This document shows positions 1 to 9,858 of a stretch of DNA of 64,000 nt, piece by piece; position 1 is the first letter of the stretch; every line of letters starts with the position of its first letter. Below the pieces are notes generated by a model. It saw nothing but the letters and a program-made list of their open reading frames with translations. It did no database searches and was not told the DNA's origin. Source of the stretch: Bilabrum cf. latius (lineage: Eukaryota); assembly GCA_965178125.1 (NCBI GenBank), contig OZ237766.1, forward strand, positions 1 through 64,000, read 5' to 3'. The translations under genes and the position numbers were made by a program.

Positions 1-106
1 ATTTCGCGCTGCTCGTTGGGTGAACGGGTAGGTTTCGGCGTGACAAGTGCAAGTTGCGTGCACTTTTGATGCGAATCTGTATTTTTTTTTCGGTTTCGCG
101 TGGGTT

Positions 107-198
107 GCTGTGGTGGTGGAGTGGTATTGCGTACGGTTGGTAATCGCACCCCGGCCTACCCCCGAGGTTCGATTCCCGTTGGGGCGATCTTTTTTTTT
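107..198 (+). ncRNA. Degenerate tRNA-like / Pol III promoter element (A box, B box, oligo-T)
   Basis: A-box-like TGGTGGAGTGGT at 114-125, B box GGTTCGATTCC at 166-176, T-run from 189; cloverleaf stems pair poorly, so probably not a functional tRNA. Confidence 0.55.
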
Positions 199-413
199 AT
201 TTTTTTCTGGGCTGGAGTCCGGCCCCCCACGACTGGAGAGCCGACCCAACATCATGGGTCCCGGGTCTGAGACCGAGTGGGCGGGGTCGTGGCCCTTTTT
301 TTGTGTCCTCGAGCTTGCCCTGGAGTACCTCTAGGTCTCGTGTCCGTGTTCCCTGCCGCACTCAAGCGTCTGTTCGTGACCTCACCTGTGTTCCCCTGTC
401 ACCGCAGAGTACC

Positions 414-1994
414 ATGGCCGCCGCAAAGAGCTACAGCGTCAAGCACACCAGCAAGTCTCGCCCTGTCGTGGCCGCCCTGGCTTCAGGCGTCGACACGTCC
501 GCGGCCAAGCAGGTCCTACTGATCTCTCTCGTGGGCCTCCACCAAGACTGCGGGTTGCTCTGCGGGTCTACCGAGCACTACAAAGGGACCAAGAAGGCGG
601 GCATCAAGGCCTGCGTGGATGCCATCCTGGCGCTGGATGAGTCGAAGCTGCCCATCGTTTTACTGACCGCGCTTGACAGCAGGCTAGCACCTGGCCCATC
701 AGCCAGGAGCTCCAGCTCACCAGGCTTCCAGAAGATGCGGGAGCTCCTCACAGGCCTGCGCGAGAGCGGTTACTCTGTCACCAAGAACTCGTGGCTAAGG
801 GCAGGCATGGACGGTCTCCGGAAGTACTACAAGGACACAGTGAAGCTCGTCTGTGACTATGGAACCGGCATGGCGACAATGCGTGCTCGCGGAGGCATGG
901 ACGCTCTCTTCATAGACGTACTTGAGACGCCTGCTTATAAGCATGCCGGGGCTTCAGCAGGAGATCAAAGTAGTTCTTCGGGAGCCACTGCTGCCGCGCC
1001 GAGTGGCACGTCCCGTACGCGGAAGGGCATGCGCAGTATCATGGACGACGACGACGACGACGACGACGAGAAGGATGCCGCGGAGTACAGTGCCTACACG
1101 ACCCGGGGGGACCAGAGCAGAACGGTACCAGACGACTCAGAGTCCAGTGGAGCGGGGGAAAGCGAGCATGAGGGTGCCTCTGGCGAGTCCAGCGACTCTT
1201 CGACCGATCAAGCATTCAACGATCTTCTCAGAGCCAAGCGTGCGGCGGAAGCCAAGGAGAGGAAAAAGGCTAAGGCCAAGGCCAAGGCTTGGGCAAAGGC
1301 TGCGGGCAAGTCGACGGGCAAGTCCAAGGGCACGTCTAAGGGCAAGTCGAGGGATACAGGTACCCAACCGGCAGAACCGAAGGGCAAGAAGGCGGCTGGA
1401 GCCGCGCCTCGGGCTAAGAGGCAGCCCGAGCGATCGCCTGTCGTCCATCTGGGCAATGCCGGAAGAGCTCGCCGCGCCGTTGAACAGGAGAAGAGGGGAG
1501 CAAGTGGCGCAAGGAGTGGAGCAGCAGCATCACTGCATCGACAGGACTCTGAGGAAGATGAAGAGGAGACCGGTGGTCGGTACCAAGCAGCTGGAGAGCA
1601 GGACGACGACGAGGCTCCGATGGGGCTTATGCAGCAAGACGAGGAGGTGCAGCTGGACGAGGAAGAAGAGAACGAGGCCCAGAACCAGCAGGACGACTCT
1701 GACAACAACAGTGGAATGGAGGAGCCCGGCTTCACCCCCTAGCAGCGGAATCTGGTGGACCGCATCCTCGCTGCCTGCGATGACACCGCGATGGGCGTCG
1801 GCCGGACCATCGAAGACATGGTCGAGGACGTGGAGGAAACAATTGCAGAGAGGGACCACGGGTTGAGCACGCTCGCAGACCTGATGACGGCCCTCGAGCA
1901 GACGGTGAAAGGAGATCTCAATGCGGAAGCCGTGGACGCTGTGGAGGCGATCCTAGCAGCTGTCGGAGCGGAGCCTTCCTCCGATGACGAGTGA
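414..1994 (+). CDS. Element-encoded protein of unknown function (~526 aa with TAG=Gln): conserved N-terminal domain, D/E- and K-rich linker, acidic helical C-terminus
   Basis: ORFs 303-1742 and 1755-1994 are in one frame, split by TAG 1740-1742 and ending in TGA; paralog at 3797-5329 differs by many synonymous changes. Confidence 0.75.
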
Positions 1995-2272
1995 GAGGCA
2001 GTCAGGGGGAGTGAGAGCCAGCCAGGAGGATGGCAAATGAGGTCAGTGGCTACTGGGCCAGCTTGTGAGAGGAGTTTGCCAATGTGTCGGCCAGTGACCC
2101 GTTAAGACGAAGTGTTAGGAGCCAGGAGGCATTCTGATTAGTCTTGACTGTAAACCCATCAATACCCACATATCAAAGCGGTCCATCAAGCAAATACATT
2201 GCCGTCTTCACCATACCCATACTATGGACACATGAACAACACAATTCTGAAGATATGAACTTCACCATTGGT

Positions 2273-3025
2273 CCATATCGGCGCCGCGCGACCAAAACGG
2301 AACCTGGGGAACATTTGCCCCATGTTGTGCCCCCAGGCCGTCCCAATGCCGTTTCAACGGTCTTCATATCTCCTGTGGTTGCCGAGATCCTATGTTGTAT
2401 TTTTGCAGCATGTAAATCTTCATCGAGCCATATCGGCGCCGCGCGAGCAAAACGGAACCTGGGGAACATTTGCCCCATGTTGTGCCCCCAGGCCGTCCCA
2501 ATGCCGTTTCAACGGTCTTCATATCTCCTGTGGTTGCCGAGATCCTATGTCGTATTTTTGCAGCATGTAAATCTTCATCGAGCCATATCGGCGCCGCGCG
2601 ACCAAAACGGAACCTGGGGAACATTTGCCCCATGTTGTGCCCCCAGGCCGTCCCAATGCCGTTTCAACGGTCTTCATATCTCCTGTGGTTGTCGAGATCC
2701 TATGTCGTACTTTTGCAGCATGTAAATCTTCATCGAGCCATATCGGCGCCGCGCGAGCAAAACGGAACCTGGGGAACATTTGCCCCATGTTGTGCCCCCA
2801 GGCCGTCCCAATGCCGTTTCAACGGTCTTCATATCTCCTGTGGTTGTCGAGATCCTATGTCGTACTTTTGCAGCATGTAAATCTTCATCGAGCCATATCG
2901 GCGCCGCGCGACCAAAACGGAACCTGGGGAACATTTGCCCCATGCTGTGCCCCCAGGCCGTCCCAATGCCGTTTCAACGGTCTTCATATCTCATGTGGTT
3001 GCCGAGATCCTATGTCGTATTTTTT
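2273..3025. repeat. 155-bp tandem satellite, type A (~4.9 units)
   Basis: Unit starts CCATATCGGCGCCGCG at 2273, 2428, 2583, 2738, 2893. Confidence 0.97.
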
Positions 3026-3087
3026 CGACAAATATTGAAGATGAAAATATTTTTTCCCCGACCCTGTCCCTGACTTTATATTAGATA

Positions 3088-3584
3088 CCCTAACCCTAAC
3101 CCTAACCCTAACCCTAACCCTAACCCTAACCCTAACCCTAACCCTAACCCTAACCCTAACCCTAACCCTAACCCTAACCCTAACCCTAACCCTAACCCTA
3201 ACCCTAACCCTAACCCTAACCCTAACCCTAACCCTAACCCTAACCCTAACCCTAACCCTAACCCTAACCCTAACCCTAACCCTAACCCTAACCCTAACCC
3301 TAACCCTAACCCTAACCCTAACCCTAACCCTAACCCTAACCCTAACCCTAACCCTAACCCTAACCCTAACCCTAACCCTAACCCTAACCCTAACCCTAAC
3401 CCTAACCCTAACCCTAACCCTAACCCTAACCCTAACCCTAACCCTAACCCTAACCCTAACCCTAACCCTAACCCTAACCCTAACCCTAACCCTAACCCTA
3501 ACCCTAACCCTAACCCTAACCCTAACCCTAACCCTAACCCTAACCCTAACCCTAACCCTAACCCTAACCCTAACCCTACCCTAA
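3088..3584. repeat. Internal telomeric tract (CCCTAA)n, ~0.5 kb
   Basis: Perfect hexamers; one CCCTA variant at the proximal end. Confidence 0.99.
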
Positions 3585-3796
3585 ATTCTGGGCTGGGGCC
3601 CGGGCCCCCACGACTGGAGAACCGACCCAACATCATGGGTCCCGGGTCTGAGACCGAGTGGGCGGGGTTGTGTCCTTTTTTTTTTTGCCCCTCGAGCTTG
3701 CCCTGGAATATCCCTGGGTCTCATGTCCGTGTTCCCTGCCGCATCCAAGCGCCTGTTCGTGACCTCACCCGTGTTCCCCTGTCACCGCAGAGTACC

Positions 3797-5329
3797 ATGG
3801 CCGCCGCAAAGAGCTACAGCGTCAAGCACACCAGCAAGTCTCGCCCTGTCGTGGCCGCCCTGGCTTCAGGCGTCGCCACGTCCGCGGCCAAGCAGGTCCT
3901 GCTGATCTCCCTCGTGGGCCTCCACCAAGACTGTGGGCTGCTCTGCGGGTCTACGGAGCACTACGAAGGGACCAAGAAGGCGGGCATCAAGGCCTGTGTG
4001 GATGCCATCCTGGCGCTGGATGAGTCCAAGCTGCCGTCTGGCGTGCTCGAGTCGCTGAACCGTCGCCTGTACCCGGCTGCATCAACCAGCGGCTCCAGCT
4101 CGCCAGGCTTTCGGAGGATGAAGCAGCTGCTCATGGGCCTGCGCGAGTGCGACTACTCGGTGACCAAGAACCAGTGGTTCAAGGCAGGCATGAAAGGCCT
4201 GAGGAAGAACACCTACAACGAAGCGATCAAGTTCATCTGCGACTACGGAGCTGGGAAGGCCTCTGTGCGTGGTCGCGGAGGCATGCAGGCTGTCTTCCAG
4301 GACGTATTCGAGTTGCCGGCTGACGACTCTGCCGAGGATTCAGCAGGAGATCAAGGTGGTTCTTCGGGAGCCGCTGCTGCCGCACCTAGTAGTGCACCCC
4401 GTACGCGAAAGGGCAAGCGGAGTGCCATGGACGACGACGACGACGACGACGACGAGGATGTCGCGGAGCACAGCGCCACCACGGCCCGGAGGGAGCAAGG
4501 CGGGATGGATCTGGACGACTCAGAGTCCAGCGACTCATAGACCGAGCAAGCACTCCACGATCTTCTCAGAGCCAAGCGAGTGGCGGAGGCCGAGAGAAAG
4601 GAAAAGGCAAAGGCCAAACTTAAGGCCAGGACCAAGGCCGCGGGCAAGTCGAAGAGCAAGTCGAAGGGCAAGGCGAAGAACAAGGGTGCCCGATCAGCAG
4701 AGCCATAGGGCAGGCACGCTGAAGCCGCGCCTCCGGCTAAGATGCAACCCAAGCGATCGCCCGTTCTCCAACCGGCCTATGGCGGAGGAGCTCGCCACGC
4801 CGTTGAACAGGAGAAGAGGGGAGCAAGTGGCGCAAGGAGTGGAGCAGCAGCATCACTGCCTCGACAGGACTCTGAGGAAGATGAAGAGGACATCGGTGGT
4901 CGGTACCACGTAGACGCAGCCGAAGAGCAGGACGAGGATGAGGCTCCGATAGGGCTCGTGCAGCAGGACGAGGAGGATGGGGACGAGCTGGATGAGGAAG
5001 AAGAGAACGAGGCCCAGAACCAGCAAGACGACTCTGAGAACGACGGTGGAGTGGAGGACAACGGCTTCACCGACTAGCAGCGGCACCTGGTGGACCGCAT
5101 CCTCACTGCCTGCGATGACACCGCGCTGGGCGTCAGCCGGACTCTCGACGACATGGTCGAGGACGTGCAGGAAACAATTCAAGAGAGGGACCACGGATTG
5201 GGCATGCTCGCAGACCTGATGACGGCCCTCGAGAAGACGGCGGAAGGAGATCTCAATGCGGCAGACGTGGACGCTGTGGAGGCGCTCCTGGCAGCTGTCG
5301 GTGCGGAACCCTCCTCCGATGACGAGTGA
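3797..5329 (+). CDS. Element-encoded protein, copy 2 (~510 aa with TAG=Gln)
   Basis: One frame with TAGs at 4538, 4706 and 5075, ending in TGA; colinear with 414-1994. An in-frame upstream ATG exists at 3635. Confidence 0.75.
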
Positions 5330-5686
5330 AAAGCAGCCAATCGGATGGCAATTGCGGTCAGTGGCAGCTGGGCCAGCTTGTGAGAGGAGTTTGCCAAAGT
5401 GCCTGCCAGTGATCCAATTTAGGACGCATTTGTACGAGCCAGGAGGCATTCTGTTTAGTCTTGACCATCACCCAATGGAAGCCTGATATCAAAGCAATGT
5501 ATCTAGCAAAGTGGGTTTAACGCATACAAATAGCTAGGTAGAACGAGCCATGGCATCTAACATCGGTCAATAACCGCTAGCTTCTCGAACCAAGCAGTGT
5601 AGGTTTGTAGACCCCCTTGGGTAGGTTTGCAAACCCCCACCGGGTGAGTTTGAAAACTCCATACTTCCGCTGCATGATGTAAACAA

Positions 5687-7188
5687 ACCCTGGCAAACAT
5701 TTGCCCCATGATATGGCCCTAGGCCGTCCCAAAACAGTTTGAATCATCTTCATACCTATTCTAGTTGCTGAGATCGCAGAGGGCACATTTTCGGCATGTA
5801 AATCTTCATCAGCCAGTATCGTCGCCGCGCGGTCAAAACGGAACCTGGGGAACATTTGCCCCATGATATGGCCCTAGGCCGTCCCAAAACAGTTTGAATC
5901 ATCTTCATACCTATTCTAGTTGCTGAGATCGCAGAGGGCACATTTTCGGCATGTAAATCTTCATCAGCCAGTATCGTCGCCGCGCGGTCAAAACGGAACC
6001 TGGGGAACATTTGCCCCATGATATGGCCCTAGGCCATCCCAAAACAGTTTGAATCATCTTCATACCTATTCTAGTTGCTGAGATCGCAGAGGGCACATTT
6101 TCGGCATGTAAATCTTCATCAGCCAGTATCGTCGCCGCGCGGTCAAAACGGAACCTGGGGAACATTTGCCCCATGATATGGCCCTAGGCCGTCCCAAAAC
6201 AGTTTGAATCATCTTCATACCTATTCTAGTTGCTGAGATCGCAGAGGGCACATTTTCGGCATGTAAATCTTCATCAGCCAGTATCGTCGCCGCGCGGTCA
6301 AAACGGAACCTGGGGAACATTTGCCCCATGATATGGCCCTAGGCCGTCCCAAAACAGTTTGAATCATCTTCATACCTATTCTAGTTGCTGAGATCGCAGA
6401 GGGCACATTTTCGGCATGTAAATCTTCATCAGCCAGTATCGTCGCCGCGCGGTCAAAACGGAACCTGGGGAACATTTGCCCCATGATATGGCCCTAGGCC
6501 ATCCCAAAACAGTTTGAATCATCTTCATACCTATTCTAGTTGCTGAGATCGCAGAGGGCACATTTTCGGCATGTAAATCTTCATCAGCCAGTATCGTCGC
6601 CGCGCGGTCAAAACGGAACCTGGGGAACATTTGCCCCATGATATGGCCCTAGGCCGTCCCAAAACAGTTTGAATCATCTTCATACCTATTCTAGTTGCTG
6701 AGATCGCAGAGGGCACATTTTCGGCATGTAAATCTTCATCAGCCAGTATCGTCGCCGCGCGGTCAAAACGGAACCTGGGGAACATTTGCCCCATGATATG
6801 GCCCTAGGCCGTCCCAAAACAGTTTGAATCATCTTCATACCTATTCTAGTTGCTGAGATCGCAGAGGGCACATTTTCGGCATGTAAATCTTCATCAGCCA
6901 GTATCGTCGCCGCACGGTCAAAACGGAACCTGGGGAACATTTGCCCCATGATATGGCCCTAGGCCATCCCAAAACAGTTTGAATCATCTTCATACCTATT
7001 CTAGTTGCTGAGATCGCAGAGGGCACATTTTCGGCATGTAAATCTTCATCAGCCAGTATCGTCGCCGCGCGGTCAAAACGGAACCTGGGGAACATTTGCC
7101 CCATGATATGGCCCTAGGCCATCCCAAAACAGTTTGAATCATCTTCATACCTATTCTAGTTGCTGAGATCGCAGAGGGCACATTTTCG
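5687..7188. repeat. 155-bp tandem satellite, type B (~9.7 units)
   Basis: TTGCCCCATG recurs every 155 bp from 5701 to 7096; shares the core AAACGGAACCTGGGGAACATTTGCCCCATG with type A. Confidence 0.97.
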
Positions 7189-7249
7189 ACAAAAAAATGA
7201 AGATGAAAATATTTTTTCCCCGACCCTGTCCCTGACTTTATATTAGATA

Positions 7250-7730
7250 CCCTAACCCTAACCCTAACCCTAACCCTAACCCTAACCCTAACCCTAACCC
7301 TAACCCTAACCCTAACCCTAACCCTAACCCTAACCCTAACCCTAACCCTAACCCTAACCCTAACCCTAACCCTAACCCTAACCCTAACCCTAACCCTAAC
7401 CCTAACCCTAACCCTAACCCTAACCCTAACCCTAACCCTAACCCTAACCCTAACCCTAACCCTAACCCTAACCCTAACCCTAACCCTAACCCTAACCCTA
7501 ACCCTAACCCTAACCCTAACCCTAACCCTAACCCTAACCCTAACCCTAACCCTAACCCTAACCCTAACCCTAACCCTAGCCCTAACCCTAACCCTAACCC
7601 TAACCCTAACCCTAACCCTAACCCTAACCCTAACCCTAACCCTAACCCTAACCCTAACCCTAACCCTAACCCTAACCCTAACCCTAACCCTAACCCTAAC
7701 CCTAACCCTAACCCTAACCCCTACCCTACC
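7250..7730. repeat. Internal telomeric tract (CCCTAA)n, ~0.48 kb
   Basis: Perfect hexamers except one CCCTAG near 7574 and CCCCTA-CCCTA at the proximal end. Confidence 0.99.
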
Positions 7731-8597
7731 GGGTGAGTTTGAAAACTCCATACTTCCGCTGCATGATGTAAACAAACCCTGGCAAACATTTGCCCCATGA
7801 TATGGCCCTAGGCCGTCCCAAAATAGTTTGAATCATCTTCATACCTATTCTAGTTGCTGAGATCGCAGAGGGCACATTTTCGGCATGTAAATCTTCATCA
7901 GCCAGTATCGTCGCCGCGCGGTCAAAATGGAACCTGGGGAACATTTGCCCCATGATATGGCCCTAGGCCGTCCCAAAACAGTTTGAATCATCTTCATACC
8001 TATTCTAGTTGCTGAGATCGCAGAGGGCACATTTTCGGCATGTAAATCTTCATCAGCCAGTATCGTCGCCGCGCGGTCAAAACGGAACCTGGGGAACATT
8101 TGCCCCATGATATGGCCCTAGGCCGTCCCAAAACAGTTTGAATCATCTTCATACCTATTCTAGTTGCTGAGATCGCAGAGGGCACATTTTCGGCATGTAA
8201 ATCTTCATCAGCCAGTATCGTCGCCGCGCGGTCAAAACGGAACCTGGGGAACATTTGCCCCATGATATGGCCCTAGGCCGTCCCAAAACAGTTTGAATCA
8301 TCTTCATACCTATTCTAGTTGCTGAGATCGCAGAGGGCACATTTTCGGCATGTAAATCTTCATCAGCCAGTATCGTCGCCGCGCGGTCAAAACGGAACCT
8401 GGGGAACATTTGCCCCATGATATGGCCCTAGGCCGTCCCAAAACAGTTTGAATCATCTTCATACCTATTCTAGTTGCTGAGATCGCAGAGGGCACATTTT
8501 CGGCATGTAAATCTTCATCAGCCAGTATCGTCGCCGCACGGTCAAAACGGAACCTGGGGAACATTTGCCCCATGATATGGCCCTAGGCCATCCCAAA
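7731..8597 (+). mobile_element. Element copy 3: short fragment truncated at both ends, mostly type B satellite (~5.3 units)
   Basis: Begins at the equivalent of ~5642 in copy 2; ends inside a unit at CCCAAA, fused to the telomeric tract. Confidence 0.7.
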
Positions 8598-9432
8598 CCC
8601 TAACCCTAACCCTAACCCTAACCCTAACCCTAACCCTAACCCTAACCCTAACCCTAACCCTAACCCTAACCCTAACCCTAACCCTAACCCTAACCCTAAC
8701 CCTAACCCTAACCCTAACCCTAACCCTAACCCTAACCCTAACCCTAACCCTAACCCTAACCCTAACCCTAACCCTAACCCTAACCCTAACCCTAACCCTA
8801 ACCCTAACCCTAACCCTAACCCTAACCCTAACCCTAACCCTAACCCTAACCCTAACCCTAACCCTAACCCTAACCCTAACCCTAACCCTAACCCTAACCC
8901 TAACCCTAACCCTAACCCTAACCCTAACCCTAACCCTAACCCTAACCCTAACCCTAACCCTAACCCTAACCCTAACCCTAACCCTAACCCTAACCCTAAC
9001 CCTAACCCTAACCCTAACCCTAACCCTAACCCTAACCCTAACCCTAACCCTAACCCTAACCCTAACCCTAACCCTAACCCTAACCCTAACCCTAACCCTA
9101 ACCCTAACCCTAACCCTAACCCTAACCCTAACCCTAACCCTAACCCTAACCCTAACCCTAACCCTAACCCTAACCCTAACCCTAACCCTAACCCTAACCC
9201 TAACCCTAACCCTAACCCTAACCCTAACCCTAACCCTAACCCTAACCCTAACCCTAACCCTAACCCTAACCCTAACCCTAACCCTAACCCTAACCCTAAC
9301 CCTAACCCTAACCCTAACCCTAACCCTAACCCTAACCCTAACCCTAACCCTAACCCTAACCCTAACCCTAACCCTAACCCTAACCCTAACCCTAACCCTA
9401 ACCCTAACCCTAACCCTAACCCTAACCCTACC
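8598..9432. repeat. Most proximal telomeric tract (CCCTAA)n, ~0.83 kb
   Basis: Perfect hexamers; C-rich strand on + is the orientation of a left chromosome end. Confidence 0.99.
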
Positions 9433-9434
9433 CC

Positions 9435-9765
9435 TTCAGGCGGTGGGAAGCGGGCGCCGTGGATGGCCGCATTCAGGCGGTGGGAAGCGGGCGCCGTGGA
9501 TGGCCGCATTCAGGCGGTGGGAAGCGGGCGCCGTGGATGGCCGCATGCAGGCGGTGGGAAGAGGGCGCCGTGGATGGCCGCATGCAGGCGGTGGGAAGAG
9601 GGCGCCGTGGATGGCCGCATTCAGGCGGTGGGAAGAGGGCGCCGTGGATGGCCGCATTCAGGCGGTGGGAAGAGGGCGCCGTGGATGGCCGCATGCAGGC
9701 GGTGGGAAGAGGGCGCCGTGGATGGCCGCATTCAGGCGGTGGGAAGAGGGCGCCGTGGATGGCCG
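9435..9765. repeat. 37-bp G-rich subtelomeric minisatellite (~9 units)
   Basis: Unit TTCAGGCGGTGGGAAG(C/A)GGGCGCCGTGGATGGCCGCA; some units begin TGCAGG (36 bp). Confidence 0.95.
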
Positions 9766-9858
9766 GATCTGGGTAGCTGGTGGAACGAAAGGCAGGCCCT
9801 GAAGGTCAGCACCCGAACAGTAAACGTTAGTCGTACTTTCAAACAGATGATAACATGA

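Larger units (their letters stand above)
1..3087 (+). mobile_element. Telomere-associated repeated element, copy 1 (left end beyond window): tRNA-like motif, ORF, 155-bp satellite type A, conserved 3' terminus
   Basis: Colinear with 3585-7249 from about position 205 onward; ends in ...CCCTGTCCCTGACTTTATATTAGATA fused directly to (CCCTAA)n. Mobility is inferred from the architecture. Confidence 0.75.
3585..7249 (+). mobile_element. Telomere-associated element, copy 2 (5'-truncated, telomere-capped)
   Basis: Starts at the equivalent of position ~205 of copy 1; same ORF, 155-bp satellite (type B) and same 3' terminus joined to (CCCTAA)n. Confidence 0.75.

Noticed and set aside
107-186. tRNA-like sequence as the UAG-decoding tRNA-Gln(CUA)
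   Set aside because: The apparent anticodon loop is TTGGTAA and the stems are degenerate; no suppressor tRNA is visible in this window.
5785-5815. Hammerhead-like CTGATGA..GAAA on the minus strand of each type B satellite unit
   Set aside because: The intervening AGATTTACATGCC cannot form stem II, I found no convincing stems I/III, type A units lack the motif, and it is antisense to the ORF. An Infernal/RNAMotif search would settle it.
2273-8597. CRISPR-like regular repeats
   Set aside because: Units are contiguous and near-identical with no unique spacers; eukaryotic context and no cas genes.
3076-9509. Poly-LG / poly-RV ORFs and the 87-89 aa repeated ORFs
   Set aside because: Translation artefacts of telomeric and satellite repeats.
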